From assembly GCA_964035545.1 (NCBI GenBank), contig OZ037767.1, forward strand, positions 8,380,581 through 8,444,580: a DNA stretch of 64,000 nucleotides, written 5' to 3'. Origin of the DNA: Bugula neritina. Taxonomy: Eukaryota > Animalia > Bryozoa. A program made the translations under genes and the position numbers. Under the pieces are notes generated by a model. It saw only the letters and a program-made list of their open reading frames with translations, was not told the origin of the DNA and did not search any database. This document shows, piece after piece, positions 38,301-49,894 of the stretch (position 1 is its first letter; each line of letters opens with the position of its first letter).

Positions 38301-39459
38301 CATGTTGCAAATAAAATCAAGATTTCACTTGAATGCACATGTATTAAACTTCTTTATTCAACTTTTTGGTCACACTTCTTCTAGTGATTAAAACGTATTA
38401 TTAATATATAACCTATAAAGAAGTTGGCTTAGTAATAATGTGCCTATATGATAGTATAGTGAAGAGTTTCTGAGCAAGTGTTTAGCAACTAAGAAAAGCA
38501 CTCTACTGGAAAGCAAATTTTTTAGACTACAAAGTTGAGAGTACTGAAGCATCTGTGAAGGAAAGATAACTCTTACGTCAGCAAACATGGCAGCATCAGT
38601 CAGCTGTTCAGGAGATATCTCACACCTGTCAGGTCTCTTGTCAGACCTCTGTAAGATGACTAGCGCCGAGACATGAGCTACAGACTTCTCATCCAACTGT
38701 AACAGACACATGACTGAAATATGACCTCCTTAGTAATATCCAGGAAAGGATAACTCCAGCTAATACAGTTTGATTAGACAAAATTTGACAAATTGGTTAT
38801 ACAGGTTACACACATCAGACGTTTCAAAAGCAAAGTGAAAACTTTTTTATATTGGCAAGACAATGTTTTTTAAAATTTCTATGCTGAAATCTACCCTGTC
38901 AGACTGCACACCTTCCAGCTCCACATTATTTAAATGCATAAAAATCGTAATTTTACAGGTTAGCTTATCATCACAGCTATGAACTGTTAAAAATAATTTA
39001 ACACCCTGTGCAGCACAATCTTGCAAATGCGAACAGTTTTTAAACCGAAACCATATTTTATAACTAGAAGTTTTAGATATTACAATTACGTAGTATATTT
39101 AACATCTAGTTATTTGAGCAGCTACCATAGTATAGAATGGTGAACTACATATTATGCAGCATATACTCATAGTTAAAGCATAGCTCTGAAAAAACTTTCA
39201 ACAGCCTACGAGTTTGATTGAATGCTCAAAATGGTAGCTATTAGTGCCGACATGATTGCAAAGCTTACAGTATAGCAAACTGTACTTTCTACAAGATATA
39301 AAAAAATCTATGCTCATGAGATATATAAAATATGTTCATAAACAAGTGTCAAACCTGTCCAATGAGAAGACCCATAACTTCCTCTCCCTCTGTGGAGAAA
39401 GCATGAGTGAGACAGACAGAGAAGACATCTGATGCCAAGACACAACCGGCAGCAGTCAT
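35363..39459 (-). CDS. BRCC3: Lys63-specific deubiquitinase BRCC36 (JAMM/MPN+)
   Basis: Exons 39355-39459, 38577-38696, 38069-38156, 37349-37437, 36555-36613, 35954-36129, 35363-35568. Motifs HAFSTEGEEVMGLLIG, RSDKRPDRCEISPEQL, GWYHSHPHITVWPSHVDVRTQ. Confidence 0.96.
35626..35820 (+). mobile_element. tRNA-derived SINE, copy 1
   Basis: Box A/B-like head (GGTTCAAACC); body shared with 59773-59962 (CAGTAAAG.CCATTGGTGA, ACAGGGAT.G.GACTATAAAC). Confidence 0.7.
36155..36572. repeat. 21/22-bp minisatellite at a BRCC3 splice donor
   Basis: Roughly 19 units of TCACTAGTATACAGTACTTAC, grading into TCATTAGCACTGTTGTACTTAC at the exon edge. Confidence 0.95.
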
Positions 39460-40020
39460 ACTGTGCACTGTAACAGATAGGAATAAGCTAGCTTACACCA
39501 GTTTATTTTATTATTATAAAACTTTCAATTCAGCAGTATTTCACCTTTTATGGCATTTCTAAGCTCAAAATCACTGATACAATAGCCTGATACAGTAGCA
39601 TACCATTAGCATAAAGGCTTACACTGCAGTTTAGTGTTAGTGAGAGATAAAAATAGCAATCATGACTGAATGCCATTTTTTACTATGATTTGTGTTTAAT
39701 GGGCCAGTGCTCTAACCACTAAACCACCGCTGCCCCTGTCAATTATTATGATTATCACAGTCCCAATAATAGTGACAATCACAATGACAATGCAGATGTC
39801 TAACCCTACGAATATGCCCTATGCCTATGGTTATGGTATGAGACAATCATTATCATAATCACAGTTACTGTTAGCATTACTAATACTAATATGCTAAGTA
39901 ATACTAACAGTAAGTATAACTCTCAGTGGCTGATAAAGTGATAGAGTAATAATAATACTAATAGTATTAGTATTACTCCATAAATCACTAAGTATTACTA
40001 TTACTATTAGTATTAAGTAT

Positions 40021-40601
40021 TGTTGTGATTTTGTGGATTATAAGAATAGACTAGTAGTCTGCATGCCAGTTATTGTGATAGAAATAAAGAGTCTTGATTA
40101 AAATGAATCTATGAGTATTTATTACTTCTGACTTCTTCGAGCTCCAGTACAAGAATGAATTAACTTTGAAAAGCTTCGCACTTATATAGGGGGGAATTCC
40201 CGCCACTAATGAGGGGCCGAAACTCGTGCGAACGTCGGGGTTCCGCCGACCGACATCGGAGGGAGTACTGCCCGATCTCGGGCAGGTCCCTCCGACATCG
40301 TGTCTTCGGTCTCCGACTTCGCACGAGTCTCGGCTTACATATAATAAAAAGAAAACGAGTGCGAGGGAATACAACTCACAAAAACTATTACAGTAAACAA
40401 ACAAAAATAATAGGAAGGGCAATTCACAATCATTACGCTATTTACTACACTAAGCTTAGCTATAATTACAATATTTGAGGCATTAGAAAGTTACGCAAGG
40501 AGCTTAGCTATAATTACAGCATTTACAGTATTTACAAAGTTACGCTAAGTCCATTATAATAGTGACGCGATATAATTACTAGAGCGTTAAAATCCATTAC
40601 A
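40021..40601 (-). repeat. 3' LTR of Gypsy element 2
   Basis: Direct repeat of 46376-46956. Confidence 0.98.
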
Positions 40602-40703
40602 TTCTCCCCCCATCGAAAAGCATCTCCCTTTTCGATAACAGAAAAACAGTTTAGCCTCCGTCCGGGGCGTTGAATGCTGGTGGTTCGCAGTTGTTTGTCT
40701 CAG

Positions 40704-43700
40704 TCATCGGATTCGGCGTATCAGGCTCTCTATCTCCCTTGTGCATTGATCGAGGTGGCAGGATAAGGCCTGAATTCTTCCGTCTAAGTCACTTCTCTGG
40801 GTGAGGTCAAGGCCATCGGTAGGTCTAGGGCACCGTCGTCCACTTGGGTTAACACTAGGTGGGTGGCCGTCTACTATGTGTCTGGGCTGGTTTGCGAGTT
40901 GCTGTACCTGAAGTTGTCCTGCACTTTCAGGGCTACTCTGCATTCGAGGCTTGGAGTCTTTACCCGTACTGGGTGAACAACTCGATGACTGGGGGCCAGT
41001 CAAACGCCCTACGTGATAATCAGCCAAGTACTTGGGGGGTTTCCTGTCTCTTCTGGCTCTCTCCAAGGTGTTGGAGACTGAGGTATCTGGCCGGTCTGGA
41101 GTGTCGTGTATGGGAGGTACTTCCTCCCGGTTTTCGGGTGATGTGACTGGTCCTGGGTTATCTGGCGGCGGTGAGAGGTCCTCTATCTGTGTGGGCCTAG
41201 GGAGTGGATCCGGAGTAGGAGGAACCGAGGGTGGGTTTTGTGGCGGAGGTCTTGGGCTATTGTCGGGCTCCTCGGGATTACGAATAAAAATTTCCCAGTC
41301 TCTGGGTTGGTTCCTTCTCCCACGGGATATGGGTTGGCGGGCCGGCTCTAATAGTGGTGGTGCCTGTCCCGCAGCTTCTGGGCTTCCATGGTAGGGTTTA
41401 AGCCGTTGCTCGTTTTGGACAGATATCTGTCCAGAGCGCTCCACACGGTATGTATGGTTGGGTAAAACCTCTACCACGCAGTAGGGGCCTACGAACTTAG
41501 GCTGTAATTTAGCCGATTGTCCGCGCCGCCTCCTGTAACTGATCATCCACACCCAGTCCCCTTCCCGGTATAGCGGAGGCTCCTCGGAGTCGTCTGTCCG
41601 TACCGTCCACTGCTTCTCTCTCAGAGCGTCGTGGGCTCTTCTCATGGTCTCTACCAACTTCCCCACGTACTCGTGTACTGGAAATTCGGGGGTCGGGATA
41701 TGGTAAGCAAGGTGCTCCGGCACCCTAGTTTCACGGCCCAACATCAACAGATTCGGTGTTTCCTGTGTGCTGGAGTGGGGGGTGCTTCGGTAGGCTCGCA
41801 TAATCTGTGGTAGCATGACGTCCCACTCCTCTTGACTCCTTCCCAACAAGAGGCTCCGGAGAGCATCACCCAACATCCGGTTGTTTCTCTCTACTACTCC
41901 GTTCCCTTGGGGGTGGTACGGAGTAGTCCGGCTTTGATTCACCCCCCATACTTGGCAAAGGTCCTTCAATAGTTGCGACTGAAATTGTGCCCCTTGGTCA
42001 GTGTGAATCTGCTCGGGTAGGCCGAAGTAGCAGAACACGTGCTGGTCCAGGACCCGAGCTATCGTGGGTGCTGATGCGTCGGGGATAGCCAGGGCGTCTG
42101 CCCACCGCGTGAAATGATCTGTTAAGACCAGAATCCAGGAATTCCCCCTCTCTGTCGTGGGCATTGGTCCCACAAGGTCCACGGCTACGACCTGCCAGGG
42201 TCGGCCGGCGTACAGCCGGCGCCGACCCGTGGTTTCGGTGGGGCGCCCGTGTTTGCTGGCCTGACAGACTTCACAGTGCCGAATTCTCAGTCGCACATCC
42301 CTGGTCATTCCGGGCCAATACCATCGCATCTGCAGGCATCTGATGACCCGACTGGCTCCCGCATGGGCCTGTTTGTGGGTGTCCCAGATGATTTCCCGAC
42401 GGAGAGCGCGTGGGCATACGACGCGATCCCTCTCCTGTTGCCGGTTGTCTGCTGCGAGTGTCATCGTCAGGAGACCGTCTGAACGAATCTGGAGAGAATT
42501 CCAGCGGCGGCAGAAGAACTGAAACTCAGCGTCCCCCTGCCGTTGCTGTTCCTCCGAGGGCCGTCTGCCTTCTTTCTTGGCTCGGAAGATGTCAGCTACT
42601 GATCCAGGGAGTGTTTCTTGGAGTCGACACAGCTCCTTGACGTTCTGGTACAGTGTGGGGTTAGCACGGAGTGCCTGGACGTCGTCTGAGTGGGTTTCAG
42701 GCCGAAGATGGCCGTGCTCCCAACGATAGACGTTGCCGTCCCCCAACTGTGCCTCGACGTCAAGGCGGGCAGGTCCCCCATCACGTCTCTCGATGTGCAG
42801 GCATTGCTTGCAGTTCTCTACCGGTCGGCGACTCATGCCATCAGCGTTCCCGTGCTTCCTGCCAGCACGGTGCTCTATCCGGTAGGAAAACTCAGCAAGA
42901 ATCTCTAGCCAACGAGTCACCTGACTCGAGGGCTCTGCACGTTTACACAACCATATCAGTGATGCATGGTCTGTTCGCAACCGGAACGTTCTTCCATACA
43001 GATATGGCCGAAAGTGCTTGACCGCCTTGACTACTGCTAGGAGTTCCTTCCTAGTGGTGCAGTAGTTTTTCTCGGCGGCCGCGAGAGTCTTGCTGTAGTA
43101 AGCCACGACCACCTCACTTCCACCCTGGACTTGAGACAGAACAGCTCCCACACTGTGGTCGCTGGCGTCGGTGTCCAGGATGTACTCTTTGGCTGGATCA
43201 GGATACGCCAGAATCGGCGCCTCCATTAGCCGTTGTTTGAGGTGGTCGAATGCCTGCTGCTCCTCCTGTGTCCACTGCCACCGGACTCCCTTGGCGGTTA
43301 GCCGATTCAAAGGCTGAGCCACCCCTGCGAACCCGGGTACGTACTGCCTGTAGTACCCTACCAGGCCCAGGAATGCCCGCAATTCAGAGAGGTCCCGGGG
43401 GACGGCCCACTTCTTCACAGCCTGTACCTTCTCCGGATCGGTAGCGACCCCGTCACGACCAACCACATGGCCCAGGTACGTGACTTCTTGCTGTAGGAGT
43501 GCACACTTGGAGGGCTTCAACTTCAGTCCAGCAGCCCGGAGTCGGTCAAAGACCTCCCGCAGACGACTGACATGAGTCGTAAAGTCTGGGGAGATGACAA
43601 TGACGTCATCCAGATAGATTAGGAGGGTCTTCCAGTGTAACCCACTGAGGACCTGCTCCATGAGTCTTTGGAAAGTTGCCGGGGCGGACGTAAGTCCAAA

Positions 43701-45404
43701 CGGCAGTACTTTCCACTTCCAGAGCCCATCGCGGGTAATGAATGCTGCTTTGTCCTGAGCATCAGGACTGAGGGGTACTTGCCAGTACCCGCTAAGCAGA
43801 TCCAGAGTACTGAAGTACTTGCTACCCGCGAGGGCATCCAGAGACTCATCTATCCGCGGGAGGGGGTAAGCGTCCTGGATGGTAACGCTGTTGAGTCTGC
43901 GGTAGTCCACACAGAACCTCCAGCTACCATCCTTCTTCTTGACCAGGACTACTGGAGAGCTCCACGCACCGTGGGCAGGCTCAATCAGATCCCGGTCGAG
44001 AAGATCTTGCACCTGCCGGCTCACCTCCTTCTCCTTCTCCGGGCCCAGACGTCGGGTTGGCTGCCTGATGGGAGTGGTGCCAGCTGCCAGGGGTATCTCG
44101 TGGGAGATAACCTTAGTCAGCCCCATATCTTCATCACCACGACTGAAGACATCACTGTACTCCGCGAGTAGTTGAGCCAGTGTTTGGCGTTCAGTACTAC
44201 TCGTACAGTTTCCACACGCTCCACTGTACAAGCCAGCCACATGCTCCGGGACTGCTTCTCGGTGGTCGTGAGGGGGGTTTCCCTGGGTGTCGGTCACTGT
44301 TTCCAGTGCCGGACCCACATCCGCCTCATGGATGGAGTGGTACTTCCCCACCAGTGCACCAGCCGATAATCGGACCGATTCCGCAAAGGGGTTGATGCAT
44401 TGCACGAGGAGCTCTCTTCGACAGTCCAGCCGATTTAGGCTGTTTGCCAGTCGAATTGCTCCGTGCGTTCCCTCCACCACCCCCAGTGCGGCGATCTCCT
44501 TGCAGTTGACCCTGCATCGGAGAGTAGCCTGGGATCTCCCTGGAATCGTGCAGTCCTGCACTACCTGGACTCCGCCCACCAAGGGCCTACCAAACTTGTC
44601 CACACAGGCAAGTTCCTTCCCAGCCATCACCACCGCCGACTTCTGGAAATCCATGTGACACTGGTGTTTCTCCAGAAAGGGCATTCCCAGAATGGCGTCT
44701 TCCTTCAGGTGGCTGACAATGAACGTCTCGTGAATTACTTGATCACGGACTCGTCCAGGTAGTGTGATAATGCCGTAGAAGGGGATACACGATCCGTCCG
44801 CCAACGTACCGTGTGCTCCTTCGTATGGCTCGAGGCTCGCCCGCTCTCGGGCGCCAAGGGTGTCGAAGAGACGCCGACTTAGCAGGTTTGTAGTGCACCC
44901 TGTGTCCAGCAGGAAGGTGGCAGCTTTGCCCGAAATTTTTCCGGGTAGGAAGTAGCTGCTTCCATACGGCTGGGTGCTCCTGGGTCGGTCATCCTCTGGG
45001 GGGGACACCTCTTGGGTCCTTACAGCGGGCCTCCTCTTCGTCCTACAGACAACGGGGGTTTTCTGAGGCTGGGAGGGTAGCTTTGGATACTCTCGCGAGT
45101 AAGCTGAATCTTCCTCCACAGCCTCTTCGGGCAACCCCGCGAACCGGTTTTGGAGTGGCCAGGCCGGAGGATCGGGTAAACCTTGCGGTCTCCGAGATCT
45201 CCGAGGTGCCTGCCATCCTGCATCTGGGGGTCCCATCCGGGTCGTAGGTGGCTGGGTTGGAGAGTCGGGCAGACCTTGGGGTCTCCGACGTCTCCACGCA
45301 GCCTCGGCTGGCCTGGAAGAGGCTCCTTGGGTCATTTCTTCCCGGATGGGGTTGGCTGGTGGCTCACGGTTGGCGGAGGTTACCGCGAGCCCCGGGTGTT
45401 TAAA
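40704..45404 (-). CDS. pol: Pol polyprotein (PR-RT-RH-IN), entered by -1 frameshift
   Basis: LLDTGC, YLDD, DASD, HHCC, DDE core and GPY motifs in Gypsy order; overlaps gag at the slippery heptamer TTTAAAC. Confidence 0.97.
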   Translation of the reverse strand, partial: FKHPGLAVTSANREPPANPIREEMTQGASSRPAEAAWRRRRPQGLPDSPTQPPTTRMGPPDAGWQAPRRSRRPQGLPDPPAWPLQNRFAGLPEEAVEEDSAYSREYPKLPSQPQKTPVVCRTKRRPAVRTQEVSPPEDDRPRSTQPYGSSYFLPGKISGKAATFLLDTGCTTNLLSRRLFDTLGARERASLEPYEGAHGTLADGSCIPFYGIITLPGRVRDQVIHETFIVSHLKEDAILGMPFLEKHQCHMDFQKSAVVMAGKELACVDKFGRPLVGGVQVVQDCTIPGRSQATLRCRVNCKEIAALGVVEGTHGAIRLANSLNRLDCRRELLVQCINPFAESVRLSAGALVGKYHSIHEADVGPALETVTDTQGNPPHDHREAVPEHVAGLYSGACGNCTSSTERQTLAQLLAEYSDVFSRGDEDMGLTKVISHEIPLAAGTTPIRQPTRRLGPEKEKEVSRQVQDLLDRDLIEPAHGAWSSPVVLVKKKDGSWRFCVDYRRLNSVTIQDAYPLPRIDESLDALAGSKYFSTLDLLSGYWQVPLSPDAQDKAAFITRDGLWKWKVLPFGLTSAPATFQRLMEQVLSGLHWKTLLIYLDDVIVISPDFTTHVSRLREVFDRLRAAGLKLKPSKCALLQQEVTYLGHVVGRDGVATDPEKVQAVKKWAVPRDLSELRAFLGLVGYYRQYVPGFAGVAQPLNRLTAKGVRWQWTQEEQQAFDHLKQRLMEAPILAYPDPAKEYILDTDASDHSVGAVLSQVQGGSEVVVAYYSKTLAAAEKNYCTTRKELLAVVKAVKHFRPYLYGRTFRLRTDHASLIWLCKRAEPSSQVTRWLEILAEFSYRIEHRAGRKHGNADGMSRRPVENCKQCLHIERRDGGPARLDVEAQLGDGNVYRWEHGHLRPETHSDDVQALRANPTLYQNVKELCRLQETLPGSVADIFRAKKEGRRPSEEQQRQGDAEFQFFCRRWNSLQIRSDGLLTMTLAADNRQQERDRVVCPRALRREIIWDTHKQAHAGASRVIRCLQMRWYWPGMTRDVRLRIRHCEVCQASKHGRPTETTGRRRLYAGRPWQVVAVDLVGPMPTTERGNSWILVLTDHFTRWADALAIPDASAPTIARVLDQHVFCYFGLPEQIHTDQGAQFQSQLLKDLCQVWGVNQSRTTPYHPQGNGVVERNNRMLGDALRSLLLGRSQEEWDVMLPQIMRAYRSTPHSSTQETPNLLMLGRETRVPEHLAYHIPTPEFPVHEYVGKLVETMRRAHDALREKQWTVRTDDSEEPPLYREGDWVWMISYRRRRGQSAKLQPKFVGPYCVVEVLPNHTYRVERSGQISVQNEQRLKPYHGSPEAAGQAPPLLEPARQPISRGRRNQPRDWEIFIRNPEEPDNSPRPPPQNPPSVPPTPDPLPRPTQIEDLSPPPDNPGPVTSPENREEVPPIHDTPDRPDTSVSNTLERARRDRKPPKYLADYHVGRLTGPQSSSCSPSTGKDSKPRMQSSPESAGQLQVQQLANQPRHIVDGHPPSVNPSGRRCPRPTDGLDLTQRSDLDGRIQALSCHLDQCTREIESLIRRIR
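45362..45404 (-). promoter_or_regulatory. -1 ribosomal frameshift signal (U UUA AAC plus stem-loop)
   Basis: Heptamer 45398-45404 in X XXY YYZ phase; stem GGCUCGCGGU/ACCGUGAGCC begins 6 nt downstream. Confidence 0.85.
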
Positions 45405-46303
45405 GGCATCCTTCTTTCGTGAGGGCATTGCCTTCGTACATGTCCCCTGGCACCACACCCCCAGCAGGTGAGGTGGGTAGTACCGGCTGGTTCACCCCGG
45501 GGTCGGGGGTTTCGTTTATCAGCCTGTTCTCTCTGCATCTGTTTCATCTCTGCCTGCAATCCCTTTACCATGTCCATCAGCATGGTCATCTGGTCAGGTG
45601 ACGGAGTAGTAGCAGCCGCCACGGCCTGTGGGTTTGGCTGATCCGGCTCAACGACTTCGGGTCGTTCCTCAATCTGACAAGCGGTGAAATCCGCACACTG
45701 AGGTCCCTCCACTTGGTAGTAAGCCTTGCCCAGGGCTAAGGCTTCCTCTATAGTGGTGACCTTGGCTGCCAAGTAATAACGCTGTAGTCCAGGGTTATTG
45801 ATTGTGTGGAAGAAGGCTTCATACACAGCACCTCTTTGTGCTGCCGGTGTGTCGTCGCTATGGGCTACTGGTACTAGTGCCTCAATAGCGTTCGCATGGT
45901 CTTGGAGTGAGGTCTTCCGGTCTCGGCGTATGGTGCGCAATCGGTCCCTGGCGGCGCGGGCGGTTAGCCCGAAACGCGACCTGAGGGCCTGAAAGATGTG
46001 CGCTGTATTGGGTCCCAGAGCATAACTCTTTGCCTGCCCTGTCAAACAGGTACGGAGGTGGAGGAGGCGCACCGGTGCCGGCCATTCGGCGAGGGTGGCT
46101 ACCTCCTCAAACTCTCTGATGAATTGTTCGATATCTCCCTCGCCTCCGAAAATCGGAGGCCTCAGGCGATACCTGTCTCCAGGTGCTGCCTGTCCGGTCT
46201 TTCCGACCTCTCGGAGAGCCGTGATGAGCGTCTCCATGGTGAGACGGTCCCCTTCTCCTTCTTCTTCTCCTTCTACCATGACTTCTTCTTCTTCGTCCCC
46301 CAT
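45380..46303 (-). CDS. gag: Gag polyprotein
   Basis: 307-aa ORF after the PBS; CCHC knuckle CWGCGARGHVRRQC. Confidence 0.95.
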   Translation of the reverse strand: MGDEEEEVMVEGEEEGEGDRLTMETLITALREVGKTGQAAPGDRYRLRPPIFGGEGDIEQFIREFEEVATLAEWPAPVRLLHLRTCLTGQAKSYALGPNTAHIFQALRSRFGLTARAARDRLRTIRRDRKTSLQDHANAIEALVPVAHSDDTPAAQRGAVYEAFFHTINNPGLQRYYLAAKVTTIEEALALGKAYYQVEGPQCADFTACQIEERPEVVEPDQPNPQAVAAATTPSPDQMTMLMDMVKGLQAEMKQMQREQADKRNPRPRGEPAGTTHLTCWGCGARGHVRRQCPHERRMPLNTRGSR

Positions 46304-46375
46304 TGTGCTGTTCTTTCTTTCTCTCTAATGGCTGCTTGTCGTACTAGTCTATTCTAATCCCACTGCTGCCACCAA

Positions 46376-46956
46376 TGTTGTGATTTTGTGGATTATAAGA
46401 ATAGACTAGTAGTCTGCATGCCAGTTATTGTGATAGAAATAAAGAGTCTTGATTAAAATGAATCTATGAGTATTTATTACTTCTGACTTCTTCGAGCTCC
46501 AGTACAAGAATGAATTAACTTTGAAAAGCTTCGCACTTATATAGGGGGGAATTCCCGCCACTAATGAGGGGCCGAAACTCGTGCGAACGTCGGGGTTCCG
46601 CCGACCGACATCGGAGGGAGTACTGCCCGATCTCGGGCAGGTCCCTCCGACATCGTGTCTTCGGTCTCCGACTTCGCACGAGTCTCGGCTTACATATAAT
46701 AAAAAGAAAACGAGTGCGAGGGAATACAACTCACAAAAACTATTACAGTAAACAAACAAAAATAATAGGAAGGGCAATTCACAATCATTACGCTATTTAC
46801 TACACTAAGCTTAGCTATAATTACAATATTTGAGGCATTAGAAAGTTACGCAAGGAGCTTAGCTATAATTACAGCATTTACAGTATTTACAAAGTTACGC
46901 TAAGTCCATTATAATAGTGACGCGATATAATTACTAGAGCGTTAAAATCCATTACA
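46376..46956 (-). repeat. 5' LTR of Gypsy element 2
   Basis: Direct repeat of 40021-40601. Confidence 0.98.
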
Positions 46957-46960
46957 GTAT

Positions 46961-47330
46961 TAGTAAAAGTAAATACTAAAATTAAATGTAATACTAATAC
47001 TTATACTATTACTCAATTTGAATTAGTATTGCATGCCTGATATAGTAATACTAAGTATTACTACAAGTACATGTAATACTCTATTAGTATTAGTAATACT
47101 AATAGTAATAATATTCATATTGGTATTACTATTAGAGTATTACTGTATTACTATTAGTATTACTATTAGTATTACAGTAATACCATTAGTATTAGTATTA
47201 CTATTAGTGACTATGAGTATCACTATCAGCATCACAGTATGAGTATCAGTATGACTCTCACTATGAAGTATGAGTATCAGTATGACTATCAGTATCAGTA
47301 TCACTCTGACAATGTGAATGACATTGATAA
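46961..47330. repeat. Low-complexity TAA/TAG/TAC-type degenerate repeat
   Basis: The same texture occurs at 39780-40020, 48110-48480 and 55020-55620. Confidence 0.7.
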
Positions 47331-48497
47331 TGATTAGGTCCTAGGAGTATCAGTATGTCATTGTCTATAGCAATAAGTGCAAAATTCAGGTGATAAATTT
47401 TAAGAATACTTAAACTTATAGTTATAATTATATTTGTAGCTGTACTGTAACTACAGTCTATAAAACTGACTCACAATTATTAATATTGGTAAAGCTATCA
47501 GTTACAGTATGACTAAGCCGTGTGGCCCTAGGCTTAGAGTAATAATTTTAATTTAGAAGTTTACAATTTACAAGATTTTTCGATTGAAGCAGCACTAAGT
47601 TGGTGGTCACTTAGTGCATTGGTTCAAATTCCCACTCTAGAAGTTGAAAAAATTATAGTTATAATAATATTTTGGAGTTCAGACCAACGGTACGTATGGG
47701 AATACTGTTTATAGTTAACTCTAACTACGTGCTGCTTCTAGTATATTTAGCTGCAACAGTAATAGAGACTGAGCTCAAGCAAAGTTGACAGGTAATTCAG
47801 AGCTCAACTATCAATGTTTTCATTGTGTTTCATACAGATAAAATTTTTAGGTATTAGATTTTAGTCTATACATCAACAGATCCATTTTTTTTTCATTTCT
47901 TATATTTTAGTTCCGTTTCTAAATTGTTGTCACAAATTTACTTTTTACTGCTACTTAGAGTTCTAACCAAATCGCTTATTGAGTTATTCTGTCGATAACT
48001 ACTTGTCTGTAGTTCTGTGCATGTTTATTTGATATTAAGTGCTTAAGCAATGAAGCTGAGAGCGGACAATTTATTGTAGTGCGTTTTTTTTTAAAATATC
48101 ACAGCAGGTAACTAACACTAACAATAACTATAAGACTAAGTGTGACAGTAACACTAACAGTAACAGTAACTACTAGTACTAATTCAGTAACTGGTAAGTT
48201 GAACTTGAAGTTCAAGTTGGCGTTGCTACGAGTAGTAATAATATTAATAATAATACTATAAGTTATAGTAATACTAGTACTAGTAGTATCACTTTTACTA
48301 ATAGTATTACTATTAGTAATACTATAACTATTAGTATTACCAACAGTATTAGACTATTGGTATTACAATTAATGAATTATAATAATAATAATTGTAGTAT
48401 ATTCATATTGAGTTTCACTTCAAGCTTACGAGTTCAACTTCAAGTTCATGCTAATAGTAATAGCAATATTAATGATTAAATTCAACAATATTAATAA

Positions 48498-48568
48498 TTT
48501 GAGCAAGCGTATTATATGATATAATACGCTTGCTCAAATATAATAGATATAATATATCTATTATATTT
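48498..48568. repeat. Two adjacent near-perfect hairpins
   Basis: TTTGAGCAAGCGTATTATAT-G-ATATAATACGCTTGCTCAAA, followed by an AT-rich palindrome. Confidence 0.85.
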
Positions 48569-49894
48569 ATTTTTATAATTTAAGATATTAACATTTATTA
48601 TATTTATTTATAGTTTAACGGCCAGTTCGAAACGTTAGTGCGGATTTGATCATTTAGCAAGCATATTTTTTCAAGTTTCAAACTCCAGTTTTTACTTGCT
48701 AGTGACTGAAATTTTTTCTTTTTTTCTGTGATTGTATCTAAGTCATCTCACTGCAAACTTGAGGGCGACATTGTAGAAACAAAACCTGTAGGTGAGCAGT
48801 AAAGTTAAGCACAGATATCCTTGACATTAGCTAGTAAATTTTTACTCCCGCAGACAACGCACTATGGGTCAATCTTGCATCGAATTTCCCTGAGTTTAGA
48901 TCTGCATGCAGGAAATCCTACTAACGGGGCCCCACGCTTAGTCATTGCGGTAGTCTTCGCTTCTTGAATTTTGTCCTTTATGGAGTCACTCAATAGTGTA
49001 TCTCTATCCAAGCCTGCTATTTTTGTGTGATCTAGTTAACTGAATTTTCAAGTTATTGTGCGTCTTTCAATAGACAGCATTCCTTTGACACATTCTCTTT
49101 AACCTGTCTATATCTTCATTCCATGCCTCATCATAGGTAGTTTCCTTGTCTTTCCATCACCTTTTTCAGCTCATCAACGTTTCACTTGTGTACTCTAGTT
49201 GTGTAATGCACTGCTTCAGCTGCGCTTATATTAATTTCTTTTCTTATAGTCACAAAACTTTTCTTCTCTATTTATTAAACTCTTCATCTTCTTATTCATT
49301 TCTTCTGTTTTATGTGATCAACGTTTAGCATTTCGACGCACTTTAAAAACTCTTTACCAAGAATTCGCATCACTAATCATACTGATCCTTTTGTCCTCTG
49401 TTTTTTCCCTACTCTCCAATGGCACACGTTTGTAATGTAATTTTCATTGATGTCTTCAAGTTTTGACCATGCTTACTATGGCTTATAAAGTTCCGATTGA
49501 TTTATTTCATAAAACTTCATTTAGATATGAAAAATGGTTTACTTTTCTACAATAGCTGAACATGTAACTTTTAACACCTTTTTTATATATATTATTGATA
49601 ACACGATTCCTTATCCTTTGGCTTACATCACTTTGAATTTGTTTTAGTTCTTTGATTACTACATAATATTATTTAAGTCTCAGTGTGTATATATGTGTGC
49701 ATACGTGTATGTCTGCATTCCCTTTCAAGATTTCAATTTGAGTCATTCTTTCATGTTTTGTGGTGCTCTGTTAATTTAAAATACTGTATTTATTGTTAAT
49801 CTTTGTGTTATTCCAACTTTAAGAGTAGCCTCAATAGATTTCTAGAATCATATTTTGTTGTTAGCCATTCCCTGCATTTTCTATTGGAGACAAA

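Larger units (their letters stand above)
40021..46956 (-). mobile_element. Intact full-length Ty3/Gypsy element 2
   Basis: 581-bp LTRs at 40021-40601 and 46376-46956 with no difference seen. TSD GTAT at 40017-40020 and 46957-46960. tRNA-Leu PBS at 46356-46374; PPT at 40602-40613; open gag and pol. Confidence 0.98.

Noticed and set aside
39700-39737. tRNA gene (also a tRNA-like stretch near 47585-47640)
   Set aside because: Only a box A-like or box B-like fragment and no cloverleaf; likely SINE remnants.
40859-46357. Numerous plus-strand ORFs in both Gypsy elements
   Set aside because: Antisense shadows of GC-rich gag/pol with no independent motifs.
48600-49500. Degenerate transposase on the minus strand
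   Set aside because: No recognisable motif in the frames I translated; many stops.
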